Origin: Justusliebigvirus VEcB
Sequence record: OZ035773.1
Length of the DNA: 64,000 nt
Direction: 5' to 3' (one strand)
The notes below the pieces were generated by a model. That model was given only the letters and a program-made list of their open reading frames with translations, searched no databases and was not told where the DNA came from. A program made the translations under genes and the position numbers. This document shows positions 8,076 to 17,634 of this stretch, piece by piece. Position 1 is the stretch's first letter. Every line of letters starts with the position of its first letter.

Positions 8076-8537
8076 ATGAGACAACTATCTATACTGGAAG
8101 CACATGTGCAATGTGTTGCAGATTATGTCAAAGAACACTCAAGTTTGTTGGATGTAACCTGTGCAGTGCAAAATGATGTAGGTATTGTCTGTGTGCGACA
8201 TATCTTATCTGAAACTCGTTATGAAGTATTTCGTGCCAAGTTGTTTGGATGTGATCAAGTGCATGTAAACTTCTTGGATTCCAATTTTCGTTATGCTTTA
8301 AAAAATATTGAGGATTATCTTCCTTGCTCTCCGACCGGATATGTGATGATGGCAGCAAATGAAGTAACACCAAACAATAGTGAGCGGGAAACTTTGTTAC
8401 GGAAGAAAATACGCCAACTGCAAGTGTTGAATGAACTGAAAGAAGAGATTGAAAAAGAACTGAAAGAAGATTTTGGTATGCTTCCAAAAGACGCTTTGAA
8501 ATGGTTTGATGAACTAGGAGAGGAAAGTTATGAATAA
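8076..8537 (+). CDS. hypothetical protein, paralog family B (copy 1)
   Basis: H-SLL-V...V-H-LS-T-Y-VF motif shared with 14573 ORF. Confidence 0.55.
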   Translation: MRQLSILEAHVQCVADYVKEHSSLLDVTCAVQNDVGIVCVRHILSETRYEVFRAKLFGCDQVHVNFLDSNFRYALKNIEDYLPCSPTGYVMMAANEVTPNNSERETLLRKKIRQLQVLNELKEEIEKELKEDFGMLPKDALKWFDELGEESYE

Positions 8538-8706
8538 AGAAACTACTGTGTACTTAGTAACAAAGAATACCCCAGGCTGGAGCCAATGCAGCACTATACC
8601 TTACAAGATCTGTGCAACATTAGAACTAGCACAACGTGCAGAAGCAGAAGTGGATGCCATGCAATACAGCTATGGTGAAATCATTCCTTTTACTCTTGAA
8701 CAATAA
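8530..8706 (+). CDS. small hypothetical protein (58 aa)
   Basis: ATG overlapping upstream stop; not in track. Confidence 0.35.
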   Translation: MNKETTVYLVTKNTPGWSQCSTIPYKICATLELAQRAEAEVDAMQYSYGEIIPFTLEQ

Positions 8707-8717
8707 GGAGTTGTGTA

Positions 8718-9170
8718 ATGTTTGAAATTGGTAAAGTGTATCGTTTTAAGAACGAATCTTATATCCGTAAGTTTGCTAATGTGTCTGAGTTCAATAACAG
8801 GATTGCTTCTTTCTTAGGTGATTCCTATTTTCGTGTATTAGATATTGATGACTGGTATGGTGTCACTTCTTTGCAATCCTTAGCAGGAGAGCAAGAAATT
8901 ATCACTCAAAATGAAGGAGATTTTCTTCAGTGTTACACATTGCTTGTAGAGAGTGAGTTTGAATACTTTGTAGAAGTAGTAGAGGAAGCACCAAAAAGTA
9001 AGCATGAAGAGAAATACCTGCTTGTAGTGGATGGAGTTCCAATCGTGGAAACCATCTCCCGTGAGGAAGTTGAAAAAGAGGCAAAACGTTACAAGCTGGA
9101 TCGTACACAGAGTGTAGTTGAAGTCTATTCTCTTATTGGTGTTGCAGATGTTCATGTGAACATTGTATAA
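8718..9170 (+). CDS. hypothetical protein (150 aa)
   Basis: six-frame ORF with AAGGAG upstream. Confidence 0.5.
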   Translation: MFEIGKVYRFKNESYIRKFANVSEFNNRIASFLGDSYFRVLDIDDWYGVTSLQSLAGEQEIITQNEGDFLQCYTLLVESEFEYFVEVVEEAPKSKHEEKYLLVVDGVPIVETISREEVEKEAKRYKLDRTQSVVEVYSLIGVADVHVNIV

Positions 9171-9384
9171 TATGTGTAATGATAGATACATTCTTCGTGT
9201 ATCTGATAAGTCTCCTATGTTTGACTGGCGGGGCTGGTGGCTACTAGCTCCGATGCTAGGTCTGACTGACGTGGAAAAGGAGGCTTATGTGTATACAAAA
9301 GAAGAGATAGAAGATAGCCTTTATTTGACAGATAACATTAAGAATGGTATCTTTGAGTGTAAATTGAAAGGAGAGGAAGAATGA
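9163..9384 (+). CDS. hypothetical protein (73 aa)
   Basis: six-frame ORF; overlaps neighbours by a few nt. Confidence 0.45.
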   Translation: MYNMCNDRYILRVSDKSPMFDWRGWWLLAPMLGLTDVEKEAYVYTKEEIEDSLYLTDNIKNGIFECKLKGEEE

Positions 9385-9680
9385 CTGTTACAGAAAAACT
9401 GCGTTGTATTGCAAAGCAAAGCGGAGAAGGCTTATGGTTTCCTATTGATGAAGTTATTCAGGACTGTTATGATCAGGCTAAGACTGGCAAATACTCCAAA
9501 GCATTTAAACCATCTGTTTTCGGTTTGGATGATTATCCGACGAATGAACAAGCAAGGAAACGCCAAGTTGATTTGATTGATCTTGCTATGGAAGCACTAC
9601 GAGAGCGTGGACTTAGTAAGGTGTATGCTTTAAACACCAAAGAGGGTTTTGTAGATTCAGTGATCGTAGACTGGCATTAA
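9381..9680 (+). CDS. hypothetical protein (99 aa)
   Basis: six-frame ORF; start overlaps upstream stop. Confidence 0.5.
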   Translation: MTVTEKLRCIAKQSGEGLWFPIDEVIQDCYDQAKTGKYSKAFKPSVFGLDDYPTNEQARKRQVDLIDLAMEALRERGLSKVYALNTKEGFVDSVIVDWH

Positions 9681-9689
9681 GGAGCAGCC

Positions 9690-10058
9690 ATGCAAGAGAA
9701 TAATAAAGTGTGTAACATGAAAAGCAGCCCCTATTTGCTACAATTTTATGAGTGGTGGTTGGAACAAGAAGATACAAACTTTAGCAAAAAGCATTATGGT
9801 CTTTGCACGTGTCTTGTAGACTTCTTATACAACATTGCTTGGATAAAAGATGTTGAAAATGTATCAAAACTCCAATCCTCTGTACGAGAGGAAATGAAGG
9901 AACAATTTAAGAAAGCGGGTTTGAACCATTTACACCCATTTAATACAGATTTCTCACATTACTTTACGGAAACAGAGCTAGGCACTGCACACCTTAACAA
10001 AGAACGTGTACAATGGGTGATTGATCGTATTCGTGATATGGAGGAATATAATGGTTAA
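9690..10058 (+). CDS. hypothetical protein, paralog family A (copy 2)
   Basis: family A motif. Confidence 0.55.
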   Translation: MQENNKVCNMKSSPYLLQFYEWWLEQEDTNFSKKHYGLCTCLVDFLYNIAWIKDVENVSKLQSSVREEMKEQFKKAGLNHLHPFNTDFSHYFTETELGTAHLNKERVQWVIDRIRDMEEYNG

Positions 10059-10260
10059 GTTTAAAACCTTCTGTGCAATCACTGTTTGTCTTATTCTTGC
10101 ATACGTGTTATTCTCTGGTATCATTCGTTTAGGTGAGTATATGGCAAGAGAAGCTCGTGAAAGTGAAGCTAAAAAAGAACAGTGCATCGTGTTAAAGCAC
10201 CAAAGGGATGCTGAAAAATTTCTTGAACAGGATTGTGGGCGCTATGTGAATTATAATTAG
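10051..10260 (+). CDS. small membrane protein, paralog family C (copy 1)
   Basis: track ORF 10021..10260 trimmed to ATG after GGAGGA; TM helix plus KE-C-IVLKH motif shared with 15048 ORF. Confidence 0.5.
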   Translation: MVKFKTFCAITVCLILAYVLFSGIIRLGEYMAREARESEAKKEQCIVLKHQRDAEKFLEQDCGRYVNYN

Positions 10261-10269
10261 GAGGGAAGT

Positions 10270-10518
10270 ATGTTAGATATTTTTACCTTTGATCGTGTTG
10301 GTACACCGATTACCGAAGAAGAACGTACCAAAATTGAACAAGAATTGGATGCTTTACGTGCGTCTCTTACAGACACAGCCTCACTACAACGTGAAGCTGC
10401 ACATCTCACAGAGATCACTGGTATTCAGTGGAACACGGAGTGGGTTGTAATTACAATTGAAGCGGATATTTGGGGACATGAAGAGACGCTACGTACCGGA
10501 GTAGTAACGGTTTGGTGA
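10270..10518 (+). CDS. hypothetical protein (82 aa)
   Basis: six-frame ORF, GGAGGGA upstream. Confidence 0.5.
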   Translation: MLDIFTFDRVGTPITEEERTKIEQELDALRASLTDTASLQREAAHLTEITGIQWNTEWVVITIEADIWGHEETLRTGVVTVW

Positions 10519-10564
10519 TAGATGTTATTCTTTTGTGTTTCTTGATATATAAATAGGAGGGTTT

Positions 10565-10789
10565 ATGGTAAAACGTCTGGAATGGGATGCGTGTACTGCT
10601 CACGCTTGTCACTGTGATATTGTTGAAGATCCTAATGGAGAGATGGTGTATTATGAGGATTACGAAGCATTGCACAATGCTGTGATTGCTTTACTGGATG
10701 ATATTAGCTCACGCTATCCAGGACAACAATTCACGTGTCCACATATCCAACTATTAGCCGAACTTACGGAGTATCCAAGTGTTCCATAA
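10565..10789 (+). CDS. hypothetical protein, paralog family D (copy 1)
   Basis: CDIV-DP-G...DY motif shared with 15924 ORF. Confidence 0.5.
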   Translation: MVKRLEWDACTAHACHCDIVEDPNGEMVYYEDYEALHNAVIALLDDISSRYPGQQFTCPHIQLLAELTEYPSVP

Positions 10790-10967
10790 TATGGGTGTCC
10801 CTGAACAACTGCTCTTTATTGTAGGATTAGTAGGCTTATTGGCGGCTGGCGCTAAAGCCGCTTCTCACACGCATCACATAATGTTAAGATTTCTGTTCCT
10901 ACTCCCTTCTATCCTTGTATTATTAGTCATATTGATTGATAACATTTTTCACAATTAAGGAGAGGTT

Positions 10968-11552
10968 ATGAGTAAAATTATACCAAGCAGTTATGAATTA
11001 TTGCAGTTTTATGTATATTACTTAGACTGGGTTAATAGATCGAATGTTAAAGACAATGCGATGTTTAGTAAAAACATCTGTTTAACAGAAAGTATCTTCC
11101 GTTATTGGCACACAGGCAGAAAGTGTACACACAGTGAAGCTATGCGCATTGTAGGTGAATACCTGGAGCAATTGCAAAAAGCAGAACTTCCTGTCCTTCA
11201 CCCATTCAACGAATCTAAAGAAGAATTAGAACAAGAGTGTAGAGAAGGTAAGTGCCATTTAAATGAAAAACGTATCGAATGGGTGAGGCAACGTTTAGCC
11301 GATGCAGGGAATCCTCCTAGTGACTCTGACTATACGTGGTATGATGTAGAGGGTTTAGTTCAAGGTTTTGAGGCTTGTGCTATAGGTAATACCAACTTTG
11401 CCAAAGTTTTATGCGAGGTTTATGATCTGGCAGATAAAATCCGAAATCACGGATGGAAACAAGAGCATAAAGAATCATATGAACGCCTTGACAAGATTTT
11501 CAAACAGATCTATTCTAACCACAAAGAGATGTTCCAAATGGAGGATGTGTAA
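10968..11552 (+). CDS. hypothetical protein, paralog family A (copy 3, C-terminally extended)
   Basis: family A motif in N-terminal 120 aa. Confidence 0.55.
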   Translation: MSKIIPSSYELLQFYVYYLDWVNRSNVKDNAMFSKNICLTESIFRYWHTGRKCTHSEAMRIVGEYLEQLQKAELPVLHPFNESKEELEQECREGKCHLNEKRIEWVRQRLADAGNPPSDSDYTWYDVEGLVQGFEACAIGNTNFAKVLCEVYDLADKIRNHGWKQEHKESYERLDKIFKQIYSNHKEMFQMEDV

Positions 11553-12238
11553 TGAAAGAGATTATGTTTGAAGGGCATCGTTACGAAGTTCCAGACAATG
11601 CAAATTTCATGGCTCGTGATATCACTGGAGATGTGTTCTGGTTTGAAGATGAACCTGTGTTTTCTTCGAACAAACACTGGTTTTCACAACAATCTTCTTC
11701 GGAAAATATGACTTTTGGCTACGTAGAGCCTAAAGTGCGCTGCAAAGCAGCTTCTTCTTTGGTAGAAATTTCCCAAGATGATCAAGAAAATACTCCAGAT
11801 GTTGTTAGTGCACTACTGAAGTACATTGCAGAACTTGAGAAGAAAATTAAAGAAGCAGAAACTAAGGTGAAAGCACGATCAGCCATCATTGAAGCTATGT
11901 CTGAACGTATCTTAGAGCTAGAAGATTTGTGTGGAGAGGCTTATCAAGTGGTTGGTGCGCTGGCTTGTGAAGCACAAATGTTTGAAACTTCAGAACAAGT
12001 TTCACATATGTTAGATAATTTGAGTGAATGTAAAATGATTCATGATGATGTATTGCCATTTTGTTGCAATGTTAACAAAACAGAGCAAACACAAGATTCA
12101 GAAACAGTTTATGTTCCGCTAATGTGTGTTCCAGATCATCTAAAAGGTGTATTCTCTTGTAAATGGTCGCTGTTGAGCGTTACTAATTGTGGTGAAAACT
12201 ATTCTGCCAACATTGAATTGCTAAAACACGTTAAATAA
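11552..12238 (+). CDS. hypothetical protein (228 aa)
   Basis: six-frame ORF; start overlaps upstream stop. Confidence 0.5.
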   Translation: MKEIMFEGHRYEVPDNANFMARDITGDVFWFEDEPVFSSNKHWFSQQSSSENMTFGYVEPKVRCKAASSLVEISQDDQENTPDVVSALLKYIAELEKKIKEAETKVKARSAIIEAMSERILELEDLCGEAYQVVGALACEAQMFETSEQVSHMLDNLSECKMIHDDVLPFCCNVNKTEQTQDSETVYVPLMCVPDHLKGVFSCKWSLLSVTNCGENYSANIELLKHVK

Positions 12239-12248
12239 GGAGAGTAAT

Positions 12249-12653
12249 ATGTGGTCTGTTAAAATCAAATATAATGCGCAGTATTATGGTGGAAAGCCTT
12301 ACGAAGTTGTTATTTGTGACTGTATCTCTAAAGAAGTTGCACAGCTTTGTGGCGCTGGTGTTAGTGAAGCTATGAACAAAATGCATAACTCGACTGTGCG
12401 TTACCTGGATCAAGATATTCCAGAAGATGTAAATGACTATGCTTACGAAGTTATTTACAGTGAAGGTAAGAAGCTCTCTATTGAAGATGCACTTAAAGCA
12501 CTACCTGCTATGTGCAGCCCAACGCCAGAAGCAGTTAAAGAGGTTTTACCAGAATCCAACCCCGATGAATATGCTTCTATGGTTGCTTCAGATATGTGGA
12601 ATCTCTGTCGAGAAACTATGATTAAAAATCTTGTGGAAATGGCGCATGAGTAA
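12249..12653 (+). CDS. hypothetical protein (134 aa)
   Basis: six-frame ORF with AAGGAG upstream. Confidence 0.5.
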   Translation: MWSVKIKYNAQYYGGKPYEVVICDCISKEVAQLCGAGVSEAMNKMHNSTVRYLDQDIPEDVNDYAYEVIYSEGKKLSIEDALKALPAMCSPTPEAVKEVLPESNPDEYASMVASDMWNLCRETMIKNLVEMAHE

Positions 12654-12864
12654 AACACACTTTATACATCCGTTTGATCCAAAGAACAAGGCGGTTATAC
12701 ACCGCCGTTGGACTGAAACGCGCATTACAAAATGTCCTGTGCCAGCAGCACAGGAATATAACAAAACATATAAAGCAGAATTTGTGGAGTACACCTTTGT
12801 AAATAACAAAGGGAAGGAGGTTTATGTTCCAGAATACTGCCTTTGGATAAAATGGGAGGAATAA
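12646..12864 (+). CDS. hypothetical protein (72 aa)
   Basis: track ORF 12631..12864 trimmed to ATG overlapping upstream stop. Confidence 0.4.
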   Translation: MSKTHFIHPFDPKNKAVIHRRWTETRITKCPVPAAQEYNKTYKAEFVEYTFVNNKGKEVYVPEYCLWIKWEE

Positions 12865-13031
12865 TGCAAACATTTTTTATCGACAAGTTCAATAAAAGTA
12901 TGAACACGTGGATGGCAACATTCACTATGCAATTTGCGTCATTTAAAGAAGCTCAAGAATGGTGCGATCAACACAAGGATTTTGATTTTTACTATCAAGT
13001 TAATGCAAACCTTTCTCCAGAGGAGAAATAA
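12864..13031 (+). CDS. hypothetical protein (55 aa)
   Basis: track ORF 12843..13031 trimmed to ATG after GGGAGG. Confidence 0.4.
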   Translation: MQTFFIDKFNKSMNTWMATFTMQFASFKEAQEWCDQHKDFDFYYQVNANLSPEEK

Positions 13032-13032
13032 T

Positions 13033-13377
13033 ATGTTGGCTGATATTGAAATCCTTATGTACCGACAAGGTATGATCAAAATGTGGTTAGATTCTTTTAG
13101 CAACATATACTGCACAGTACGATCAGCAGACGAGCGTAAAACGCTTATTTTATCTGCTATTGTTGATAAACAACGTTTCTTCAAAGAAATTTTGCAAACA
13201 GGCTTCTCCGATGCAGGAGTAGAAATTGCAACTCTTAGTTTTGGGGTGCTGTCTTACTTGGAATCTGTTGTTTTATATGTCTTCTCTTTAGAGGAAGACT
13301 TGCAATTCGAAGCATTAAAACTTATCTTAGATGCTGCAATTGACATAGAACAAAATCGAATTGATTCTTTTGAATAA
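13033..13377 (+). CDS. hypothetical protein (114 aa)
   Basis: track ORF 12934..13377 trimmed to ATG after AGAGGAG. Confidence 0.45.
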   Translation: MLADIEILMYRQGMIKMWLDSFSNIYCTVRSADERKTLILSAIVDKQRFFKEILQTGFSDAGVEIATLSFGVLSYLESVVLYVFSLEEDLQFEALKLILDAAIDIEQNRIDSFE

Positions 13378-13392
13378 AATAAGGAGAAAACT

Positions 13393-13851
13393 ATGAAAGA
13401 GGTTAAACATTATCCACATGGTCGTAGTTTTGTAGCTGTATGGCATGTTCCTGCTCGTAATGAACTATTTTGTGCATCTTTTCATTACAAAGATGGACAA
13501 TATTTCACCTATGACGAGACGATGGATGATTTTATCCCAGAGTGCGATCATGGGTATACACCAATGTTCTTTAAACGTATGAAAGCTCGTTTCTTCGTTA
13601 CAGATGTTGATGGTGAACCTACTTGGCACATCGAAGAAGATTGGCAAGATTCTGTAGATATTAAAGAAGCCCCAGAATGGGCTACACTACTGGTACACGT
13701 CAAAACCCCTACTCTTGACGTTATGGCGTGGGTTAATCATGATGATACCCATTACCAATACATAAATGGTAGCACAGAGATTTCTGGTGAGATTATTGGT
13801 CGTTGGAAGCCTACGAATCAGGTTGCTATTGTCGGGTATAAGACAGTATAA
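13393..13851 (+). CDS. hypothetical protein (152 aa)
   Basis: six-frame ORF with AAGGAG upstream. Confidence 0.5.
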   Translation: MKEVKHYPHGRSFVAVWHVPARNELFCASFHYKDGQYFTYDETMDDFIPECDHGYTPMFFKRMKARFFVTDVDGEPTWHIEEDWQDSVDIKEAPEWATLLVHVKTPTLDVMAWVNHDDTHYQYINGSTEISGEIIGRWKPTNQVAIVGYKTV

Positions 13852-13852
13852 T

Positions 13853-14047
13853 ATGAAAAAGAGTGTAGATTGGGATGATTTATCCGATTTTGAAAAATGG
13901 TTTTTAGGTAGTGGTTGTTATGCAGATGGGGATCTCGAAAGAGATCCTTCTGGAAACTACACTATGCCATTAACCCAAGGTTTTTATGAGTGCTGGTGCG
14001 CAGCACAAAACAACGTACTGAATAAGGAGACAACACAATGCAATTAA
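13853..14047 (+). CDS. hypothetical protein (64 aa)
   Basis: track ORF 13766..14047 trimmed to ATG after upstream stop. Confidence 0.4.
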   Translation: MKKSVDWDDLSDFEKWFLGSGCYADGDLERDPSGNYTMPLTQGFYECWCAAQNNVLNKETTQCN

Positions 14048-14277
14048 ACATCGGACAACCAATTTTTGATGCAGATACTGGTCAATATGCAGTGATTGTT
14101 GCTCGTATGAGCGGTGATGACCTTATTGTTTCAGAACTACTCGGATCAGATCCGCAACTGCGCGTAGTATGTGACCTATATCTTCGAGACGAAAGTGATC
14201 GCATTGCACTGAAAGAAGATGGTATGCTCTACTATACCTGGACTAGAGATCCTGGGGTAACGGAGGTAGAGGTATAA
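14038..14277 (+). CDS. hypothetical protein (79 aa)
   Basis: six-frame ORF. Confidence 0.45.
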   Translation: MQLNIGQPIFDADTGQYAVIVARMSGDDLIVSELLGSDPQLRVVCDLYLRDESDRIALKEDGMLYYTWTRDPGVTEVEV

Positions 14278-14576
14278 TGGTAAGGAATAGGGGTTTACAT
14301 AAAAGAAGACACCTTACTTACTGGCATCGTAAAGTACATGAACCTGTATCAAAGAAAGAATGGCAATATCTGCCTTATGGGAAGGAGCGAAGAAAGTATC
14401 TGTTAGCTCATTTAAGGGTACATGGTTCTCTTCCTGTTAACAGTAAGTGGCAATTGCAAACAGCTTATGACGAAGATATGAAATATCTGTTAAAGAGAGG
14501 CATTATTTGCCTTGTTAAGATAGGGCGATGGAAATCTCGTCAATCTTATATCGTACTTAAACAGGAGAAACCATGA
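14277..14576 (+). CDS. hypothetical basic protein (99 aa), possibly nucleic-acid binding
   Basis: K/R/H-rich; no confident motif. Confidence 0.45.
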   Translation: MVRNRGLHKRRHLTYWHRKVHEPVSKKEWQYLPYGKERRKYLLAHLRVHGSLPVNSKWQLQTAYDEDMKYLLKRGIICLVKIGRWKSRQSYIVLKQEKP

Positions 14577-14824
14577 ATATCAAAGATGTTGTAGCATATG
14601 TAGAAGATGAAGTTAAAAACCATACAAGTTTACTGAAAGTAATGGTTGTGGTTAAAAATGGCATTGGACAAGTAAACGTACAACATGTCTTATCTGATAC
14701 TGTATATAATGTGTTTGAATGTAAAGACACACCTCATGGAGTACGTGTGGTGTATATTGATAACAATTTCAAAGAGTGTGTGAGACATACCTTAGAAAAT
14801 GAGCTAAGGATCACAATCTTATGA
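14573..14824 (+). CDS. hypothetical protein, paralog family B (copy 2)
   Basis: family B motif. Confidence 0.55.
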   Translation: MNIKDVVAYVEDEVKNHTSLLKVMVVVKNGIGQVNVQHVLSDTVYNVFECKDTPHGVRVVYIDNNFKECVRHTLENELRITIL

Positions 14825-14994
14825 GTTATTATGTTGTACCCTATGCCAATAAGTGGAGAGTAAGAGAAACTTGTTTTCTATTCTCCTGGTGGGCTACGTT
14901 CGGAGATGGTTGTGGAAATGATACAGGGAAGCCTGTAGAGTACGACACAAAAGAAGAATGTGAACAGTGGATAAAATTAACACAAAGATGTTGA
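14821..14994 (+). CDS. small Cys-rich hypothetical protein (57 aa)
   Basis: ATG overlapping upstream stop; not in track. Confidence 0.35.
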   Translation: MSYYVVPYANKWRVRETCFLFSWWATFGDGCGNDTGKPVEYDTKEECEQWIKLTQRC

Positions 14995-15047
14995 CACGAT
15001 CTTAACTTCTTGTTAGTATCAATGTGTACTAACGATAAGGAGGGTTT

Positions 15048-15272
15048 ATGAAGTCTGTAAACAAGTTGCAACAATTTTTGTTATCAACAGCAATCTTTTT
15101 GCTTTTGTTAATTGGTATTCTGTATGGTGCATCTAACTTATACAATCTACATAATGATGTAGAACAGAATAAAGAGAAGTGCATCATTCTAAAACACAAG
15201 AAACAAGCAGAAGATTTCTTAAAGAATAAGTGTTACAACTACATTGATTATGAGGAGACAAACAATGATTAA
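15048..15272 (+). CDS. small membrane protein, paralog family C (copy 2)
   Basis: TM helix plus KEKCIILKHKKQAEDFL motif. Confidence 0.5.
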   Translation: MKSVNKLQQFLLSTAIFLLLLIGILYGASNLYNLHNDVEQNKEKCIILKHKKQAEDFLKNKCYNYIDYEETNND

Positions 15273-15507
15273 AGAATTAGGTATGCGAGTATACAGTGAG
15301 TGGACTCCAAGCAATGGCCCAGGAGTTGTTGCAGCTAAATGTATCAATGGTCGTATTGAGTACCTGGAAGGGTATGAAGATAATGAAGAGTTAGTAGATT
15401 ATGCTAAATCTTTTATTGAAGATGATACAGACTTTATTGTATTATATGATACAGGAGAGTTAGAGTATGGATATGATGGAGATGGGGATATCTTTGAACT
15501 TCAATAA
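15265..15507 (+). CDS. hypothetical protein (80 aa)
   Basis: track ORF 15244..15507 trimmed to ATG after GAGGAG. Confidence 0.45.
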   Translation: MIKELGMRVYSEWTPSNGPGVVAAKCINGRIEYLEGYEDNEELVDYAKSFIEDDTDFIVLYDTGELEYGYDGDGDIFELQ

Positions 15508-15714
15508 GAGTAGTAAGTAAGGTATAAAGAGTATATAGTTAGTTATAGAGTTAGTAACATTACATATACTCTTTCTATGTATAACATGGAATATTCTCTA
15601 CCTCGCTATCGCTCGGTATATAAGATTAGGGTAGCATGTTTTTTACGAAAAGTAAAACTGTTTGTACCGATTGATAGCAGGTTTTTAATAGATTTTATCT
15701 ATGAGGAGTAGAAA

Positions 15715-15933
15715 GTGTACAAATTATATAAAGCAAAAGATAAGTTTACGGGTAATACATCTGGTTTCTATGTAACACCTCGGGGTGTTGCTGTGTTCGA
15801 TTGGATCTCCGGTACTCCAGATCGGGAAATGATCTCTCTTGTAAAACTGTCGGAACAAGAGTACACTTACGGTGACATTACAACATTCTATTCTCGTGCA
15901 GAAAATCCAAAACTGATTGCGGAGTGGGAATAA
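15715..15933 (+). CDS. hypothetical protein (72 aa)
   Basis: six-frame ORF, GTG start after GAGGAG. Confidence 0.45.
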   Translation: MYKLYKAKDKFTGNTSGFYVTPRGVAVFDWISGTPDREMISLVKLSEQEYTYGDITTFYSRAENPKLIAEWE

Positions 15934-16196
15934 TGGTTACACGATATGACTTAGAGGTGTACAGCCAAGGTGCTGCTGGTCAATGTGATATTGTACCAGA
16001 TCCAGAAGGGGATTATGTTCTTCTTGCTGATTACAATAAGCTAGAAGAAAGACTTCTGGCTGTGTATGCTAAAGAGAACAAAACAATCTGCCCTTATTGC
16101 AGTGGAATGGGTTGGGTAGTTGCAGATGTTGGACAAATGTATGAATGTGTGCCTTGTAAAACCACAGGATTTATTGAAAAGGATACTGACAAATGA
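15924..16196 (+). CDS. hypothetical protein, paralog family D (copy 2)
   Basis: CDIVPDPEG motif. Confidence 0.5.
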   Translation: MGIMVTRYDLEVYSQGAAGQCDIVPDPEGDYVLLADYNKLEERLLAVYAKENKTICPYCSGMGWVVADVGQMYECVPCKTTGFIEKDTDK

Positions 16197-16441
16197 CTGT
16201 AGCAGATAAAATGAGAGAACTGGCAGAAAACGCAGAACTTAACAAAGCAAAAGAGAGTTTACAAAACGTCTACGCGTATATTGAAAGAGCAGCTAAAGAT
16301 GGAGACAGAGAAGCTGCTATATACACGCTCTATCCAACTTTCGTAAAAGTTAGCTTGGATGCTGAAGGTTTTTCAACTTTTATTGATACAGAAACATCTC
16401 ATTACGATGAAAACTTTACTCGAATAGTTATTCGATGGTAA
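16193..16441 (+). CDS. hypothetical protein (82 aa)
   Basis: six-frame ORF. Confidence 0.45.
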   Translation: MTVADKMRELAENAELNKAKESLQNVYAYIERAAKDGDREAAIYTLYPTFVKVSLDAEGFSTFIDTETSHYDENFTRIVIRW

Positions 16442-16546
16442 ATTTCTGATATTTATGCGCCCTGGCTACCTGGGCGTAATAAATTCAGCTTATATTTGAT
16501 CCGCGCCTTCGGCGCTTAGGCAAAGCCACGCCACACAGGAGAGTTT

Positions 16547-16957
16547 ATGTTCAAATGGTTAAAAGAGTTTCTAACATCTTTGGCAGAACCTAAGCAAGAT
16601 GTTATTAAAAGCTCTATCACAGGAAAACCGCTTGTTATAGTTACAGGCGGCTTTGGTCATGGGTTTTCTCTTAAACAAACAGATATAGGTTTACAGGGAT
16701 CTTTGATTAGTTTTAGAATCACTCAATTAGGAGATAATAGACAAACAATCTTAGACCTTTTCAATGGGGAATTTGATGACTATTTATCCAAGAGTGGTAA
16801 AGAACGTCTGATCGAGCATATAAAACACCGCTATGAGCATGGTGGTTACTACTTAGATACAAAACGTAATGCACAAGGTGATCTTGACATAGTTCGTATA
16901 GCGTGGGATAATGAATTTAAAACTAAACTTGGTAAACTTCTGGAGGAGTTATGGTAA
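16547..16957 (+). CDS. hypothetical protein (136 aa)
   Basis: six-frame ORF with GGAGAG upstream. Confidence 0.5.
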   Translation: MFKWLKEFLTSLAEPKQDVIKSSITGKPLVIVTGGFGHGFSLKQTDIGLQGSLISFRITQLGDNRQTILDLFNGEFDDYLSKSGKERLIEHIKHRYEHGGYYLDTKRNAQGDLDIVRIAWDNEFKTKLGKLLEELW

Positions 16958-17133
16958 ATATTAAAACAGGTGATATTGTACGTCTTGCTAGTGAAGAAAT
17001 GTTAATGACTGTAATGGTATCTACCTACGATACTTGCGAAGTGGTGTGGTTTGATGTTAATGAACAACTACAGAAAGCTACATTTGATAAACGTATGCTT
17101 CGTAAAGTTGAAGAAGTGAAGGAGGAAGAATAA
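16951..17133 (+). CDS. hypothetical protein (60 aa)
   Basis: six-frame ORF. Confidence 0.4.
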   Translation: MVNIKTGDIVRLASEEMLMTVMVSTYDTCEVVWFDVNEQLQKATFDKRMLRKVEEVKEEE

Positions 17134-17134
17134 T

Positions 17135-17347
17135 ATGGGAATGTTGCTTCGTGTTTTTGTGTTTCTTATGTTCTGGATTATCGTTGGTAACGGTATTGTA
17201 TTTTTGATTTTTCCTGAAGTGATGACAGGTAATGAAAATAAGGCAGTGCCTTACATTATGCTTATCGGTTACGGTATTGGTACACTTGGACTACTGTTTG
17301 CTGATTGGTTGATCAATACTTTGTTCTCTAAGTACAGGAACAACTAA
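17135..17347 (+). CDS. small membrane protein (70 aa, two TM helices)
   Basis: hydrophobic composition. Confidence 0.45.
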   Translation: MGMLLRVFVFLMFWIIVGNGIVFLIFPEVMTGNENKAVPYIMLIGYGIGTLGLLFADWLINTLFSKYRNN

Positions 17348-17348
17348 T

Positions 17349-17621
17349 ATGTCGGAAAAATTACCTAACGTTTTCTTTTGTTTTGTAGATTGCGTTACAC
17401 AAGAAATTATAGTTGACGAAGAAGGTATGTTTACTTATTTTGCATCTGAAGAAGAGGCAAAACTATCAGCTATGAAGTGTATAAGCCAATTGTCAGTACC
17501 TGCTGTCAACAGGTTCGGTATTGCACAGGTGTATAAAACAGTAACAGAGTTTACACCAGATCGAAAACTAACTTTTCTTAACGTTCACTTTGTTTGTAAG
17601 TTTAGTGAACTACGACATTAA
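17349..17621 (+). CDS. hypothetical protein (90 aa)
   Basis: six-frame ORF. Confidence 0.45.
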   Translation: MSEKLPNVFFCFVDCVTQEIIVDEEGMFTYFASEEEAKLSAMKCISQLSVPAVNRFGIAQVYKTVTEFTPDRKLTFLNVHFVCKFSELRH

Positions 17622-17634
17622 ATCAGGAGTAAAA

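Noticed and set aside
12433-12621. Plus-strand 62-aa ORF nested in 12249..12653
   Set aside because: Alternative frame of a longer ORF with better start context.
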